DNA from: Terriglobia bacterium
GTDB lineage: Bacteria > Acidobacteriota > Terriglobia > Acidiferrales > UBA7541
NCBI GenBank assembly: GCA_963695545.1
Contig: OY968796.1
Location: 4,064,001 to 4,128,000 of the forward strand
Length of the DNA stretch: 64,000 nucleotides
Reading direction: 5' to 3'
Every line of letters begins with the position of its first letter. The stretch's first letter is position 1. Below, piece by piece: positions 48,420-58,891 of the stretch. Under the pieces are notes generated by a model. It did no database searches, was not told the origin of the DNA, and saw only the letters and a program-made list of their open reading frames with translations. The position numbers and the translations under genes are program-made.

Positions 48420-49787
48420 TCACCACCGAGGAAGAATTCGTTGCCAATTCGGATCCACATATTTGCGCATTTCCGCCGCGTCGTCACGATTGCGATACGC
48501 GCACTTCGCATAGCGCTCGCGGCCGCGAGCGACTTGGTCGTAATCGAGTTCGACGCCAAGGCCCGGCCGATCCGGAATGCGCACGCACCCATTCTCGAAT
48601 CGAATCCGGCCGCCGGCCACCACCTCGTCTTGCTCCGATTGCCAAGGATAATGCGTGTCGCAGGCGTAGGAAAGATGCGGAGTAGCCGCCGCGGCGTGGG
48701 TCATGGCCATCAGCGAAATCCCGAGATGCGAATTTGAATGCATCGAAAGGCCGAGGCCGAATGTGCGGCAAACTTTTCCCAAATGCTGCACTTGCTGCAC
48801 GCCGCCCCAATAATGCGGATCGCACAGAACAATTTGGACCGCATCGCTGCGAACGCTCGCGGGAATGTCGGCGAACGACGTTACGGCTACGTTGCTCGCC
48901 AGCGGCGTCGCGTTTGACTCGGCGAGCAGGCGGCGCCGCACTTCAGCCATTCCGTCGAGACCCGCCGTGGGATCTTCGAGATAACCGCCGCCGGAAAGTT
49001 CCGCGACGAGCGATCGTCCAACGCAAACCGAAGTCTCGACCGACCACGCGCAATTCGGATCCAGTCGCAAGGGCACCTCGGGGCCGAACGCCGTACGGAG
49101 TTGCCGGATGGTTTCGATTTCTATATCGGGATCGAGCACGCCGGCCTTGAGTTTTACGTCGCGGAAACCGTATTCGGCCATCATCTGGCGAACCTGGCGC
49201 ACCAGCGCTTCGGGCGTGAGCGCTTCGCCGTAAATATCTTCACGCGCGTCGGCGCCTTCCCCGCCGCCGCCGGCGTGTTTGTAAAATGCGTACGCGGAAA
49301 ATGGCACGGCGTCGCGCGCGCGGCCGCCCAAAAGATCGCACGCGGGTCGGCTTACAGATTTTCCGATGAGATCGAGACACGCGATTTCGATCGCGGAATA
49401 AAGTCGCGCGGCTTCGTCGAGCGGATTTTCGCCGGGAACGTGAAAGGTCTGTGAGCGATCCTGGCCGGCACGGTTCGGATCTTCTTCAATCATCGGCAGC
49501 AGGGTGCCGGCGACGCGATAAGGATCGGCGCCGCGGAGCTGCGGCCCGAGCGCGCGGAACGCCTGAGCGATCGCATCGCCGCCGTGCGTTTCGGCGAGGC
49601 CGATGGTTCCGTCGTCGCTTTTGAGCTCGAGAATCGTGCGCAGCGCGTATGGTGCGTGCCGCCCGTAGGAGCTGCGCAACGGCGGATCGGCGATGGCGAT
49701 GGAATGGACCGTCAGATCAACAATTTTCACCGGCGCTCCTGCGAATGTCCCGCGGCGCGGAGCGTATGTCGTGTGCGAGCGAGGCAC
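48420..49787 (-). CDS. Glucarate-dehydratase-like enolase superfamily enzyme
   Basis: HAPYALRTI, VPFSAYAFYK, KLKAGV, LRLDPN.AWS, YLEDP, LASN, DPHYWGG, SMHSNSHLG, ACDTHYPW. Confidence 0.88.
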   Translation of the reverse strand: MPRSHTTYAPRRGTFAGAPVKIVDLTVHSIAIADPPLRSSYGRHAPYALRTILELKSDDGTIGLAETHGGDAIAQAFRALGPQLRGADPYRVAGTLLPMIEEDPNRAGQDRSQTFHVPGENPLDEAARLYSAIEIACLDLIGKSVSRPACDLLGGRARDAVPFSAYAFYKHAGGGGEGADAREDIYGEALTPEALVRQVRQMMAEYGFRDVKLKAGVLDPDIEIETIRQLRTAFGPEVPLRLDPNCAWSVETSVCVGRSLVAELSGGGYLEDPTAGLDGMAEVRRRLLAESNATPLASNVAVTSFADIPASVRSDAVQIVLCDPHYWGGVQQVQHLGKVCRTFGLGLSMHSNSHLGISLMAMTHAAAATPHLSYACDTHYPWQSEQDEVVAGGRIRFENGCVRIPDRPGLGVELDYDQVARGRERYAKCAYRNRDDAAEMRKYVDPNWQRILPRW

Positions 49788-49833
49788 GCCGTGAGACCCG
49801 GGAGATGATACAGGAAACTTTCTCGCGCGGCAC

Positions 49834-51531
49834 TCAGGCTTCGATGCGCGGATCTGGAACGGCGCGGCCGACAGCGAAGTGATAGATCACTTGGCGAGGC
49901 AGCGTACGAGCGTCAGCGCTCGTCGCTTCCTCGCCGAGAAAACCAAGATAGCGGTGCACATCGTCATCGTAAAAGGCGCCGATTCCTGTCGCGTTCCAGC
50001 CCAGCGCTTCCGCGCCGACGTAAAGTCGTTGTCCGATTGCGCCCGCTTCAAAATGCGCGTAGCGATACCCGCGATTGCCGAACACACGCGCGGCACGAGC
50101 GAGATCCGCGATCATTGAAACGGCGAAGCATGCGTTGCCGGCGAGCGGCTGCTCCAGACTGAGAAATGCCGCGATGCGCTCGACGTTGCCGCTGTGAAGT
50201 TGCTCGAGCTCGCGGCGCGCGGCATGCCAGCGGTAAACGCCAGGCTCGCAATTGCGCACGCGATGAACATAAAGGTAGAGCGATACAAAATCGGCGCCTC
50301 GGGATGCGGGCCTCGCCTCTTCCGCTGCGCCGAAATTTCCGCGCCAATCGGCGCGCCAATCGCGGGTCGCGAAATCGAGCAACTGCTCGAAATCGGCGCG
50401 CTCCATCGAATCCGTGCGCGGATCGAAATCGAGCGCGGAGCGGCGACGCCGAACAGTCGCGCCGAGGGAGGCGTCGCGCGGCGGCTGCGAGGCCGCATCG
50501 GCGGGCAGCGCGGCTTCGGCGAGCGCGGTCGTGGCATCGCTCTCCGGAATGCGCGGAAGCGGGCCCGGCGGATCGAGTAACATCGTCGAGCGATGCATGC
50601 CGAGAAGCAACTCGTAGGAGACTTCTTCGGCGGACAATTCGTTTGGGATCCCTGCGGCGTCATGCAGCGGATTGGACGCAACGCGTTTTACTTGCGTGTT
50701 TCGCGGAGGAGGAAAAATCAAAAACGCCATGGGAGCTTCGTCGCTGTCTTGTCGCAAACCGAGCGTGCGCGCCAAGCGCAGATCACTGAAGTGGGCGGCA
50801 ACGCTGCCGGAAACACCGAGAGCGCGCGCCGCGACGAGCAAGCCGATCATCGCGTGGCCCAAATCGTGGCAGGAATAGCGATAGGCGCGATCGCGATATT
50901 TCCACGCTTCACGCCAAAAAATCGACGTGAGCGCGACGATCAGCCGCGATTCCGCCGCCCACGGCGCGTCGAGTGCGCGCGCGATTTCGCCGACGCAATT
51001 GCCGCCGCGGCGAAGTTCGAGCGCGTGGCGATCCGCGCGGTAGTGATAGAGGCCGTCGTCGAGCCCCGAGAAATCGCGGATGGCAAGATACGTTTCCGTC
51101 GGATGCAAATTTCCCGAGGACGGATTCACGCGCAGACTGTAGCGATCTTCCGTGCGCGGCACTTTCTTCCAAGCGCTGACGGCCATCGAATGCCACAGGA
51201 GACGGCTGAGCCACGCCGCGTCGAATCGGATTTCCTCGCGGGAATCGGGCGTACCGCCGTTGTTCTCGGTCAATTCACCTCCCAGCGCCGCCATTGCAGC
51301 GAATGCACCGATTTCGGGAAGGCTGGGGGCAGCCGGAAGCGCGATGAGTGGTGCGCCTTCGTACGTGCGAAAGGGATTGGGCTGATTGCGCCAATCTAGA
51401 AAATGCGCGTTCGCGCGCACGGAATCGTAGGTGTGCTTGGTCGCTTGATGGTACGCGAACAGGCGCTCGGTATCTTTGTTCACTCCAACGGTTGCCGGAT
51501 CGCCTTGCGCCTGGTAGAGGAATCTTGTCAT
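49834..51531 (-). CDS. SagB/ThcOx-family two-domain nitroreductase-like dehydrogenase
   Basis: YHQATKH, LDWRNQP.PFR.Y, LRVNPSSGNLHPTE, WREAWKY, RRRSA, GIGAFYDD. Confidence 0.88.
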   Translation of the reverse strand: MTRFLYQAQGDPATVGVNKDTERLFAYHQATKHTYDSVRANAHFLDWRNQPNPFRTYEGAPLIALPAAPSLPEIGAFAAMAALGGELTENNGGTPDSREEIRFDAAWLSRLLWHSMAVSAWKKVPRTEDRYSLRVNPSSGNLHPTETYLAIRDFSGLDDGLYHYRADRHALELRRGGNCVGEIARALDAPWAAESRLIVALTSIFWREAWKYRDRAYRYSCHDLGHAMIGLLVAARALGVSGSVAAHFSDLRLARTLGLRQDSDEAPMAFLIFPPPRNTQVKRVASNPLHDAAGIPNELSAEEVSYELLLGMHRSTMLLDPPGPLPRIPESDATTALAEAALPADAASQPPRDASLGATVRRRRSALDFDPRTDSMERADFEQLLDFATRDWRADWRGNFGAAEEARPASRGADFVSLYLYVHRVRNCEPGVYRWHAARRELEQLHSGNVERIAAFLSLEQPLAGNACFAVSMIADLARAARVFGNRGYRYAHFEAGAIGQRLYVGAEALGWNATGIGAFYDDDVHRYLGFLGEEATSADARTLPRQVIYHFAVGRAVPDPRIEA

Positions 51532-51603
51532 CTAATTTCAGTATAATCGGATCGCGGCCACTTCGCGCGGAGCGGGGCGCTCAGAAGGAGTTCACTCAAC
51601 CAA

Positions 51604-53220
51604 ATGGAACTTCACGGATACAGCATCATCGGCGGAGAAGCGAGTCGCGAGGGCAAAACTACTTTCCGCGGCGTGAATCCCGCGACTGGCGCGGCGCTCG
51701 ACCCGGTTTTTTACGAAGCCACTGAAGGTGAGATTAACCGCGCGCTCGCCCTGGCGGATCAGGCTTTCGCCACGTACCGCAAAATGCCGCCCGAGGCGAT
51801 CGCGCGATTTCTGGACACTATCGCGACCGGCTTGGAAAACCTTGGCCCGGAACTGATCGCTCGGGCGCACGCGGAAACCGCGCTGCCCGAGCCGCGCTTG
51901 CTGGGCGAGCGAGCGCGCACCACAGTGCAACTTCGGATGTTCGCCGCGCTCATCCGCGAAGGATCGTGGCTTGACGCGCGCATCGACCGCGCCAATCCCG
52001 CGCGAACGCCCGTGCCCAAGCCCGACATGCGCCGGATGCTCCTACCGATGGGACCAATCGTGATTTTCGGCGCGAGCAATTTCCCGCTGGCATTTTCGGT
52101 GTGCGGCGGCGACACCGCATCCGCGCTGGCTGCCGGCAACACGGTGGTTGTGAAAGGACACCCGGCGCATCCGGGCACGTCAGAGATGGCGGCGCGCGTG
52201 GTGCAGGACGCGATTCGCGCGTGCGGCATGCCGCTGGGCACGCTTTCGGTGGTCAATGGACCGTCACCAGCGGTCGGACTCGCCCTCGTGAGGCATCCTC
52301 TGGCGCGCGCCATTGGATTCACGGGATCGCTCGGAGGCGGCCGCGCGCTTTTTGACGCTGCGGCGGCGCGGCCGGTGCCGATTCCGCTGTTTGCCGAAAT
52401 GGGGAGCATCAACCCGGTGTTCGTGTTGCCGGGCGCGCTGAAATCGCGCGGTGCGGGCGTGGCGCAGAGCATGGCGAAATCAGTGACGCTGGGCGTGGGC
52501 CAATTCTGCACCAAACCGGGGCTCGCGCTCGGCGTGCGCGGGCCGGAGCTTGACGCGTTCACGGAAACTTTGAGCGACGAGATCGCGAACTCTCCCGCGG
52601 CCACCATGCTGCATGCGGGAATCGCGGAGCATTATCGGAGAGGGCTCAGCAAGCGGCGCGGAATCGCGGGGATTCGCGTCGCGGGCAGCGCCGCTCCCGA
52701 TTCGGCGAGCACGTCCTCTGCGCCATCGAGCGAAAGGTCCGCCAGCGCATTTGCCGCCGTGCTCACGGCGGACGCGGATTTATTCGCGAAGGAACCGAGC
52801 TTGAGCGACGAATTGTTCGGGCCCGCGACGCTTGTTGTACCCGCCGAATCGAAAGCGCGCCTGGAAGAAATTGCGCGGAACCTCGCGGGGCAACTCACCG
52901 TGACGATTCACGCTACAGAAGAAGACCTGAAAGAATTCGCCTCACTCGTCGACATTCTGCGCGAAAAAGCCGGGCGCCTGGTTTTTGGCACGATGCCCAC
53001 GGGCCTTGAAGTCGGTCCGGCTACACAGCACGGCGGTCCCTATCCCGCGACGACGGACCCGCGCTTTACGTCGGTGGGCACGGCGGCGATTCTGCGCTTC
53101 GTTCGACCCGTGTGCTTCCAGGATTTTCCGCAAGCGTGGCTGCCAGAGGAACTGAAGGATGAAAACCCGCGCAAGATTGCGCGCATGCTTGACGGCGTGT
53201 GGACGCGCGATCCGATCTGA
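51604..53220 (+). CDS. NADP-dependent aldehyde dehydrogenase, 2-ketoglutarate semialdehyde dehydrogenase type
   Basis: FGASNFPLAFS..GGDTASALAAG, FTGS, AEMGSINP, GVGQFCTKPG, HGGPYPATT. Confidence 0.92.
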   Translation: MELHGYSIIGGEASREGKTTFRGVNPATGAALDPVFYEATEGEINRALALADQAFATYRKMPPEAIARFLDTIATGLENLGPELIARAHAETALPEPRLLGERARTTVQLRMFAALIREGSWLDARIDRANPARTPVPKPDMRRMLLPMGPIVIFGASNFPLAFSVCGGDTASALAAGNTVVVKGHPAHPGTSEMAARVVQDAIRACGMPLGTLSVVNGPSPAVGLALVRHPLARAIGFTGSLGGGRALFDAAAARPVPIPLFAEMGSINPVFVLPGALKSRGAGVAQSMAKSVTLGVGQFCTKPGLALGVRGPELDAFTETLSDEIANSPAATMLHAGIAEHYRRGLSKRRGIAGIRVAGSAAPDSASTSSAPSSERSASAFAAVLTADADLFAKEPSLSDELFGPATLVVPAESKARLEEIARNLAGQLTVTIHATEEDLKEFASLVDILREKAGRLVFGTMPTGLEVGPATQHGGPYPATTDPRFTSVGTAAILRFVRPVCFQDFPQAWLPEELKDENPRKIARMLDGVWTRDPI

Positions 53221-53236
53221 CCAGCCATCTCCACCG

Positions 53237-53536
53237 TTAGACGGGCTCGACCGTGAGTTTTAAGCCCACCGCTTTCGTGACGGCGACGAGTGTGGACAGG
53301 CGAGGGTTGCCGCTGGCGGAGAGCGCGCGATAAAGGCTTTCGCGCTCGACTCCCGCGGCCTTGGCCACTTTGGCAATGCCGCGCGCTTGGGCCAAATGAC
53401 GCAAAGCGATCAAGAGAACGCGGGGCTCGTCGTGATCGTCCAGCGCGGCTTTTAGATACTCGGCGGCGAAGCTCGGGTCTTTCCGAAGCCGGCGAACCAC
53501 GGCGTCGTCATGGGAAATGCTGGCTTTACGCTTCAT
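53237..53536 (-). CDS. Addiction-module antidote protein (HI1420/HigA-like HTH antitoxin)
   Basis: AEYLKAAL..LLIALR.LAQARG..VA..AGVERESLYRALS..GNP.LST. Confidence 0.92.
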   Translation of the reverse strand: MKRKASISHDDAVVRRLRKDPSFAAEYLKAALDDHDEPRVLLIALRHLAQARGIAKVAKAAGVERESLYRALSASGNPRLSTLVAVTKAVGLKLTVEPV

Positions 53537-53870
53537 CGATTTCCGACCTTCTTTTGTAATCCCGCCAATGCGCTAGCGCCCGATCAATATCGGACGATTG
53601 CTTTCTCTTGTCGCCGCCGCACAGCAGCAATACACAGTGCTTTCCCGCCATCGCGTAATAAATTCGGTAGCCCGGGCCCCAATCGATTCGCAACTCATAC
53701 ACGCCGTCACGCACGTACTTGCAATCTGCAAAATTGCCGAGGGCCAGCCGGTTGATTCGGACGGCGATCTTGGCCTGCGCTCGCGAGTCCGCCAATCGCG
53801 TCAGCCAGTCGTCGAATACATGTTTTCCGGACGGGCTGACGTACTGCCGAATCTCGATCGCGCCTTCCAT
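53526..53870 (-). CDS. Addiction-module killer protein (HI1419-type RelE/ParE toxin)
   Basis: F.DWL..L.D.RA.AKI..RI.RL..GNF.D.K....GV.ELRID.GPGYRIYY, LLCGGDK..Q..DI. Confidence 0.92.
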   Translation of the reverse strand: MEGAIEIRQYVSPSGKHVFDDWLTRLADSRAQAKIAVRINRLALGNFADCKYVRDGVYELRIDWGPGYRIYYAMAGKHCVLLLCGGDKRKQSSDIDRALAHWRDYKRRSEIDEA

Positions 53871-53888
53871 TGTAACTTATAGATTACA
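53871..53888 (-). promoter_or_regulatory. Likely autoregulatory operator and promoter of the TA pair
   Basis: Imperfect palindrome TGTAATCTATAAGTTACA overlapping the -10 element TACAAT. Confidence 0.65.
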
Positions 53889-53914
53889 AATCGGCAAGCC
53901 CATGGCCGCGCCGC

Positions 53915-55195
53915 TTAATTTGCCATCGGCTCCGGGCCGCGCGTAGTGTCCAGGCCTTCAACGCGCGGCAGCTTCACGGTTTGGCCCGATGCGGCGGAGG
54001 CGTAGACAGCCTCGATCAGCTTCATATCCTGAAGTCCTTCTTCGCCGGGCGTGCGCGGCTTCACGTCGTTGCGGATGCACAGCGACAGATGATCGAGTTC
54101 CGCGGCGAAGTGATCGGTGTCGCCGATCCTCAACTCGGCGAGAATTCCTTTTCCGCTGATCGAGTGATCCTCATACAGGCGCAGGCCGCTGTAAGAATAG
54201 GCTTGATCGAGATGCAAAACGGCCATGTCGCTTTGCACGCTGAAAATTTTCGTGTTGTGCATCGCGTAGCTCGTGGAGCAAGTGGCCATCACGCCCGACG
54301 GAAATAGCATCGTCCAGTAGACCGACTCCTCAACGTCCTTGAAGCGCGGATCGCCGGGCGTGGTGTAAATGCGCGCGTTCAACTCGATGGGTTCTTCACC
54401 CAGCGTGAATCGCGAGGCGTTCAGGCAATAAACTCCGATGTCGTACATCGCGCCGCCGCCCGCGAGCACCCGGCGCAGGCGCCATTGCGCGGGATCGCCC
54501 ATGTTCTGGCCGTTGAATGCGGTGATGGCTTTTATTTTGCCGATTTCCCCGCTGCGGACCATGCGCACGATTTCACGACAGTGCGGCTCGTATTGCATGC
54601 GGTAGCCAATCATCAGTTTGCGATTGGCCGCGGCGCAAGCGCGCACCATGTCTTCGGCTTCGGCGGCGGTTGCGGACATGGGCTTCTCGCAGAGTACGTG
54701 TTTGCCGGCGGCCGCGGCTTTCAGCACGTGTTCGTGATGCAGCGCGTTCGGCGTGACCACGTAAATGGCTTGGATGGATTGATCGTCGCGAATGCGATCG
54801 AAATCGCCGTAGCCGTAGATTTTATTTTCCTGCAGGCCGTACTGCGAGGCCAGCACGCGCGCCTTCTCCGGCGAGCCGCTGATCAGCGCGACGAGCTTCG
54901 CGTGTTTGGCTCGGCCGAACGCGGGCATGATCTGCTCGGTGGCCAAGCGGCCGAGTCCGAGAATCGCGAAGCCGATGCGTGCGTCCGGCGGATCTTGATT
55001 CGGCGGCGCCCCGAACGGCGCGCCGCCCTCGATGGTTGAGCCCTCGGAGGGAAATTCGATTTTGCCGTCCTGCACCATTCCGGTGTCAAACGGCGATTCC
55101 GGAATATTCTCCTGCGCCGCTTCGCCGGGCGCCGCCAATGCTCCCGAGAGCGCCACGAGCGCGCCACCGCGTTTGATGAATGTTCGACGATCCAT
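53915..55195 (-). CDS. Gfo/Idh/MocA oxidoreductase (glucose-fructose oxidoreductase-like), Tat-exported
   Basis: MDRRTFIK; GFAILGLG, VVTPNALH, HVLCEKPM, GYRMQYEP, GGGAMYDIGVY. Confidence 0.92.
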   Translation of the reverse strand: MDRRTFIKRGGALVALSGALAAPGEAAQENIPESPFDTGMVQDGKIEFPSEGSTIEGGAPFGAPPNQDPPDARIGFAILGLGRLATEQIMPAFGRAKHAKLVALISGSPEKARVLASQYGLQENKIYGYGDFDRIRDDQSIQAIYVVTPNALHHEHVLKAAAAGKHVLCEKPMSATAAEAEDMVRACAAANRKLMIGYRMQYEPHCREIVRMVRSGEIGKIKAITAFNGQNMGDPAQWRLRRVLAGGGAMYDIGVYCLNASRFTLGEEPIELNARIYTTPGDPRFKDVEESVYWTMLFPSGVMATCSTSYAMHNTKIFSVQSDMAVLHLDQAYSYSGLRLYEDHSISGKGILAELRIGDTDHFAAELDHLSLCIRNDVKPRTPGEEGLQDMKLIEAVYASAASGQTVKLPRVEGLDTTRGPEPMAN

Positions 55196-55310
55196 GTGTA
55201 AGCCTCCGATTTCGCGGCATCGCGGCCGCGACAACGGCGGGATGATACCAACAATCGGGGCGCGGAGATATCGGGGAGCGGAAATATGGCGGAGCGTGTG
55301 CCGGAGGGCG

Positions 55311-57422
55311 TTACGTCAGTGCCGCGTTGCGTACACCGGTTTCGAGCAACTTCGCGAACTCCGCGGGATGCACGGGCCGTCCGAAATAATAGCCTTGCGC
55401 CTCGTCGCATTGGTGCGTCTGAAGAAAGGCCAACTCTTCTTGCGTCTCGACGCCCTCGGCGACCACGCGCAGATTCAAGCTGCGGCCCATGCTGATGATC
55501 GCGGTCACGATCGTGGTTTCGTCGGGTGCGGTCGAGATTTGGCGCACGAAGGATTGGTCGATTTTCAGGGCGTCGATGGGAAATCTTCTCAGGTAGCTCA
55601 GGCTTGAGAATCCGGTTCCGAAATCGTCGATCGCCAGTTGCACGCCTTTTGCTCGGAGGGTTTGCAGAACGGATGCGGCGGATTCGGCGCGCTTCATTAG
55701 CACACTTTCGGTTAGTTCGAGTTCGAGAAATTTCGGGTCCAGGCCAGTGTCCTCGAGCGCCGCGAATATTCCCTCCAGAAAATCCTCGTGGCGGAACTCC
55801 ATCGCGGAGATGTTCACCGCGATCGAATGAAGGGGCAGTCCCGCGTCTAGCCATTCCCGAGCTTGCTTGGACGCTTCCCGCAACACCCAGTTGCCGATCG
55901 GCAGAATCAACCCGCAATCTTCGGCCACGGGAATGAATTGGCCGGGAGAAACCGGTCCTCGCGTGGGATGTGTCCAGCGAATCAGCGCTTCGGCGCCGGT
56001 GATGGCTCCCGTGCGCAGGTTGATCTTCGGCTGATAGTGCAGCGAGAGCTCCTGCCGTTCGAGCGCGGTCCGCAAAGCTTCCTCGATGGATTGGCGCTCG
56101 ACGGCGCGGACGTTCATCGCCGGCTTGAAGAATTGATAGCTCTGGCGGCCGTTTTCCTTGGCCTGATACATCGCGGTGTCCGCATTCTTGATCAGCGTCT
56201 CGGCGTCGAGTCCGTCGTCGGGATAGACGCTCACACCGATGCTCGTGGTGATGTGCAGCTCATGCTGGCCGACGGGATGCACTTCGGCCACAGCTTGCAG
56301 CATTCTCCGCGCGGTGATGGCCGCATCTTCGGAATGCTCCACTTCGGAAAGCAGCACGACGAATTCATCGCCGTCCTGCCGGCTGACGGTGTCCGATCCA
56401 CGCACACAATCGACCAAGCTCTCCGCGATGGATTGAAGAAGCTTGTCGCCAATAGCATGCCCCAGGGAATCGTTGATGTGCTTGAAGCCATCCAAATCCA
56501 AAAACAGTATCGCGACTTTTTTGGCGTGGCGCTGGGCCAAACTGATCACTTGATTCACGCGGTCACTCAAGAGCATGCGATTCGGCAAACCGGTCAGGAA
56601 ATCGTGATGCGCCGAATGAATCATCTGCAGGGCCATGGCGCGTGCGGCACTCACGTCGCGAAAAACCACCACCGCTCCGTCAGCCTGTCCTGCGCGATCG
56701 TGGATCGGGGCAACGGAGTCTTCAATCGGCGTTTCAAATCCGTCACGCCGCATCAGGATGCAGTTCGCGGGCAGATGCACAGTTCGATCCTGTTCGACGG
56801 CCATGGCCATTGGGTTCGGAACGGTCTCGCGGCTCTCGGTGTCTAGGATTTGCAACACGTCGCCCATGGCCCGGCCTCCGGCTTCCTCGCGCGACCATCC
56901 CGTCATTTTTTCCGCGACCAGATTGAGAAAGGTGATGTTGCCGGCGACGTCCGTGCAAATCACGGCGTCGCCGATGCAATTGAGTGTGACCTGCGCGCGT
57001 TCTTTTTCGACGAACAGCGCCTCCTCCATCGCCTTGCGCTCGACGGCGTAGCGCAGCGCGCGCAAGAGTCCGCGCGGATCGATCTGGCCTTTGATCAAGT
57101 AGTCTTGCGCGCCTTCTTGCAAAGCCTCCGCCGCCAGAGTCTCGTCATCGTAGCCTGTGAGCACCACCAGAGGCACGCGCGGCGCGATTGCTCGTGCGCG
57201 GCGCAGCGCACCCAATCCTTGCGCATCGGGCAACCCTAAATCGAGCAGCACAATGTCGAACGCGCGCTCCGCAAGATGTCGTTCGGCGTCACACATGGTT
57301 TCAGCGTGAGTCAACTCGGTCTTGTGCGCTCCCTCTTGCTCGCCGAGCATTTCGCGCAGCAGGCGGGCGTCTCCCGGGTTGTCTTCCACCAGGAGCAGCA
57401 CTTTGAATGGCTTCCTGTTCAT
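55311..57422 (-). CDS. REC-PAS-GGDEF-EAL c-di-GMP enzyme (A-site reads DGDEF)
   Basis: [23 protein letters not shown] (PAS); [50 protein letters not shown]. Confidence 0.95.
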   Translation of the reverse strand: MNRKPFKVLLLVEDNPGDARLLREMLGEQEGAHKTELTHAETMCDAERHLAERAFDIVLLDLGLPDAQGLGALRRARAIAPRVPLVVLTGYDDETLAAEALQEGAQDYLIKGQIDPRGLLRALRYAVERKAMEEALFVEKERAQVTLNCIGDAVICTDVAGNITFLNLVAEKMTGWSREEAGGRAMGDVLQILDTESRETVPNPMAMAVEQDRTVHLPANCILMRRDGFETPIEDSVAPIHDRAGQADGAVVVFRDVSAARAMALQMIHSAHHDFLTGLPNRMLLSDRVNQVISLAQRHAKKVAILFLDLDGFKHINDSLGHAIGDKLLQSIAESLVDCVRGSDTVSRQDGDEFVVLLSEVEHSEDAAITARRMLQAVAEVHPVGQHELHITTSIGVSVYPDDGLDAETLIKNADTAMYQAKENGRQSYQFFKPAMNVRAVERQSIEEALRTALERQELSLHYQPKINLRTGAITGAEALIRWTHPTRGPVSPGQFIPVAEDCGLILPIGNWVLREASKQAREWLDAGLPLHSIAVNISAMEFRHEDFLEGIFAALEDTGLDPKFLELELTESVLMKRAESAASVLQTLRAKGVQLAIDDFGTGFSSLSYLRRFPIDALKIDQSFVRQISTAPDETTIVTAIISMGRSLNLRVVAEGVETQEELAFLQTHQCDEAQGYYFGRPVHPAEFAKLLETGVRNAALT

Positions 57423-57880
57423 GCGGCCGTTTTCGAGCGCGGAAGCTTGACCTTGGTCAGCCAGAAATCGTTAATGCTTCTCACTAAGGCCTCGAATGCG
57501 TCGAGCTGCACGGGCTTTGTCAGATAGCAATTCGCCTGCAGCTGGTAGCTTTTCGCGATATCCGCTTCGGAGTCGGAAGTCGTCAGGATCACCGTTGGAA
57601 TCATCTTCAGATCGGCATCCGCTTTGATATGAGCCAGGACCTCGCGGCCATCCATTTTGGGGAGATTAAGATCGAGCAAGATCAGATCGGGGCGAGGGGC
57701 GCGGATGTGCATTCCCTCACGTCTTAGAAACGCCATGGCTTCGACGCCGTCCGCGGTCAGGTGCAAATGGATTTCAGGGTTGGCGTCTCGAAATGCTTCT
57801 TGCGTGAGCCTGGCATCGCCAGGGCTGTCTTCGACCAACAGAACTTCTATGGGCATACCGTCTCCTCCAATGATCTTCAC
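57419..57880 (-). CDS. Single-domain response regulator (Rcp1-like) 3
   Basis: [43 protein letters not shown]. Confidence 0.93.
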   Translation of the reverse strand: MKIIGGDGMPIEVLLVEDSPGDARLTQEAFRDANPEIHLHLTADGVEAMAFLRREGMHIRAPRPDLILLDLNLPKMDGREVLAHIKADADLKMIPTVILTTSDSEADIAKSYQLQANCYLTKPVQLDAFEALVRSINDFWLTKVKLPRSKTAA

Positions 57881-57918
57881 GAAATCCTCTCAATCTCCAA
57901 ATGGCGTTCTCGCGCCCC

Positions 57919-58380
57919 TCAAAGAAGCGGCGTCTGCGGCGGCAGCCTTGCGCTCGTCAGCCAAAAATCGCTGACGCTTTTCATCAGGCTTTCAAACGCC
58001 TCCAACTGTCCAGGCTTGTTGAGATAGCAACTGGCGTTGAGTTCGTAGCTCTTGTCGATATCGGACTCGGCGTCGGAAATGGTCAAGATAATTGTGGGAA
58101 TCGTCTTAAGTACGGCATCCGCCTTGATGTAAGCCAGAACCTCGCGGCCGTCCATTCTGGGCATATTCAGATCGAGCAAAATCAGATCCGGGCGCACGCA
58201 GGTGCCGCGGTTGCCTTCTTTTTTCAGAAAGGCGACGGCTTCGACGCCATCCGCAGCCACGTGAAGATGGACGGGAATCTTCGCGTCGCGAAATGCTTCC
58301 CGCGTAAGCCGGACGTCGCCGGGACTATCTTCGACCAACAGAACTTCCTTGGGTTTGCCGTTTCCCTGGGTGTTTTGCAC
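57919..58380 (-). CDS. Single-domain response regulator (Rcp1-like) 2
   Basis: Same motifs; GTG at 58380 with GAGG RBS; ILTISD in place of ILTTS. Confidence 0.9.
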   Translation of the reverse strand: MQNTQGNGKPKEVLLVEDSPGDVRLTREAFRDAKIPVHLHVAADGVEAVAFLKKEGNRGTCVRPDLILLDLNMPRMDGREVLAYIKADAVLKTIPTIILTISDAESDIDKSYELNASCYLNKPGQLEAFESLMKSVSDFWLTSARLPPQTPLL

Positions 58381-58432
58381 AATTTCCTCTCTCGCCCCAC
58401 CGGGCCGAATCGAGAAATATTCGATCTCCCAC

Positions 58433-58891
58433 TCACAAACTATGTGTTTGTTGCGGCAACTTGACCCGAGTAAGCCAAAATTCATCGATGCTCTTCACCA
58501 GACTCTCGAACGAATCGAGCTCGACGGGTTTTGTCAGGTAGCAATTGGCCTGAAGCTGGTAGCTCCTGGCGATGTCGGTCTCAGCCTCGGAAGTAGTCAG
58601 TATGATTGTGGGAATGGTTTTCAGAGTGGCGTTCCCTTTGATTTGGGCCAGCACTTCGCGGCCGTCCATCTTGGGAAGATTCAGATCGAGCAGAATGAGA
58701 TCCGGGCGCGGTGCGTTGGCGCGGTTCCCTTCCTGCTTGAGAAACGTCATGGCCTCGACGCCGTCCGTTGCAATGTGCAGATGCAGTCCGGCGTTGGCTT
58801 CGCGAAAAGCTTCCTGCGTGAGCCGGACGTCGCCGGGGCTGTCTTCGACCAAAAGTACTTCGGTGGGCATGCCGTCTTTTCCGATCATCAT
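58433..58891 (-). CDS. Single-domain response regulator (Rcp1-like) 1
   Basis: Same motifs; ATGA overlap with the kinase. Confidence 0.93.
   Translation of the reverse strand: MMIGKDGMPTEVLLVEDSPGDVRLTQEAFREANAGLHLHIATDGVEAMTFLKQEGNRANAPRPDLILLDLNLPKMDGREVLAQIKGNATLKTIPTIILTTSEAETDIARSYQLQANCYLTKPVELDSFESLVKSIDEFWLTRVKLPQQTHSL

Noticed and set aside
49834..51531. RiPP (azole) biosynthetic cluster around the SagB-like gene
   Set aside because: No YcaO cyclodehydratase, precursor peptide or exporter nearby.
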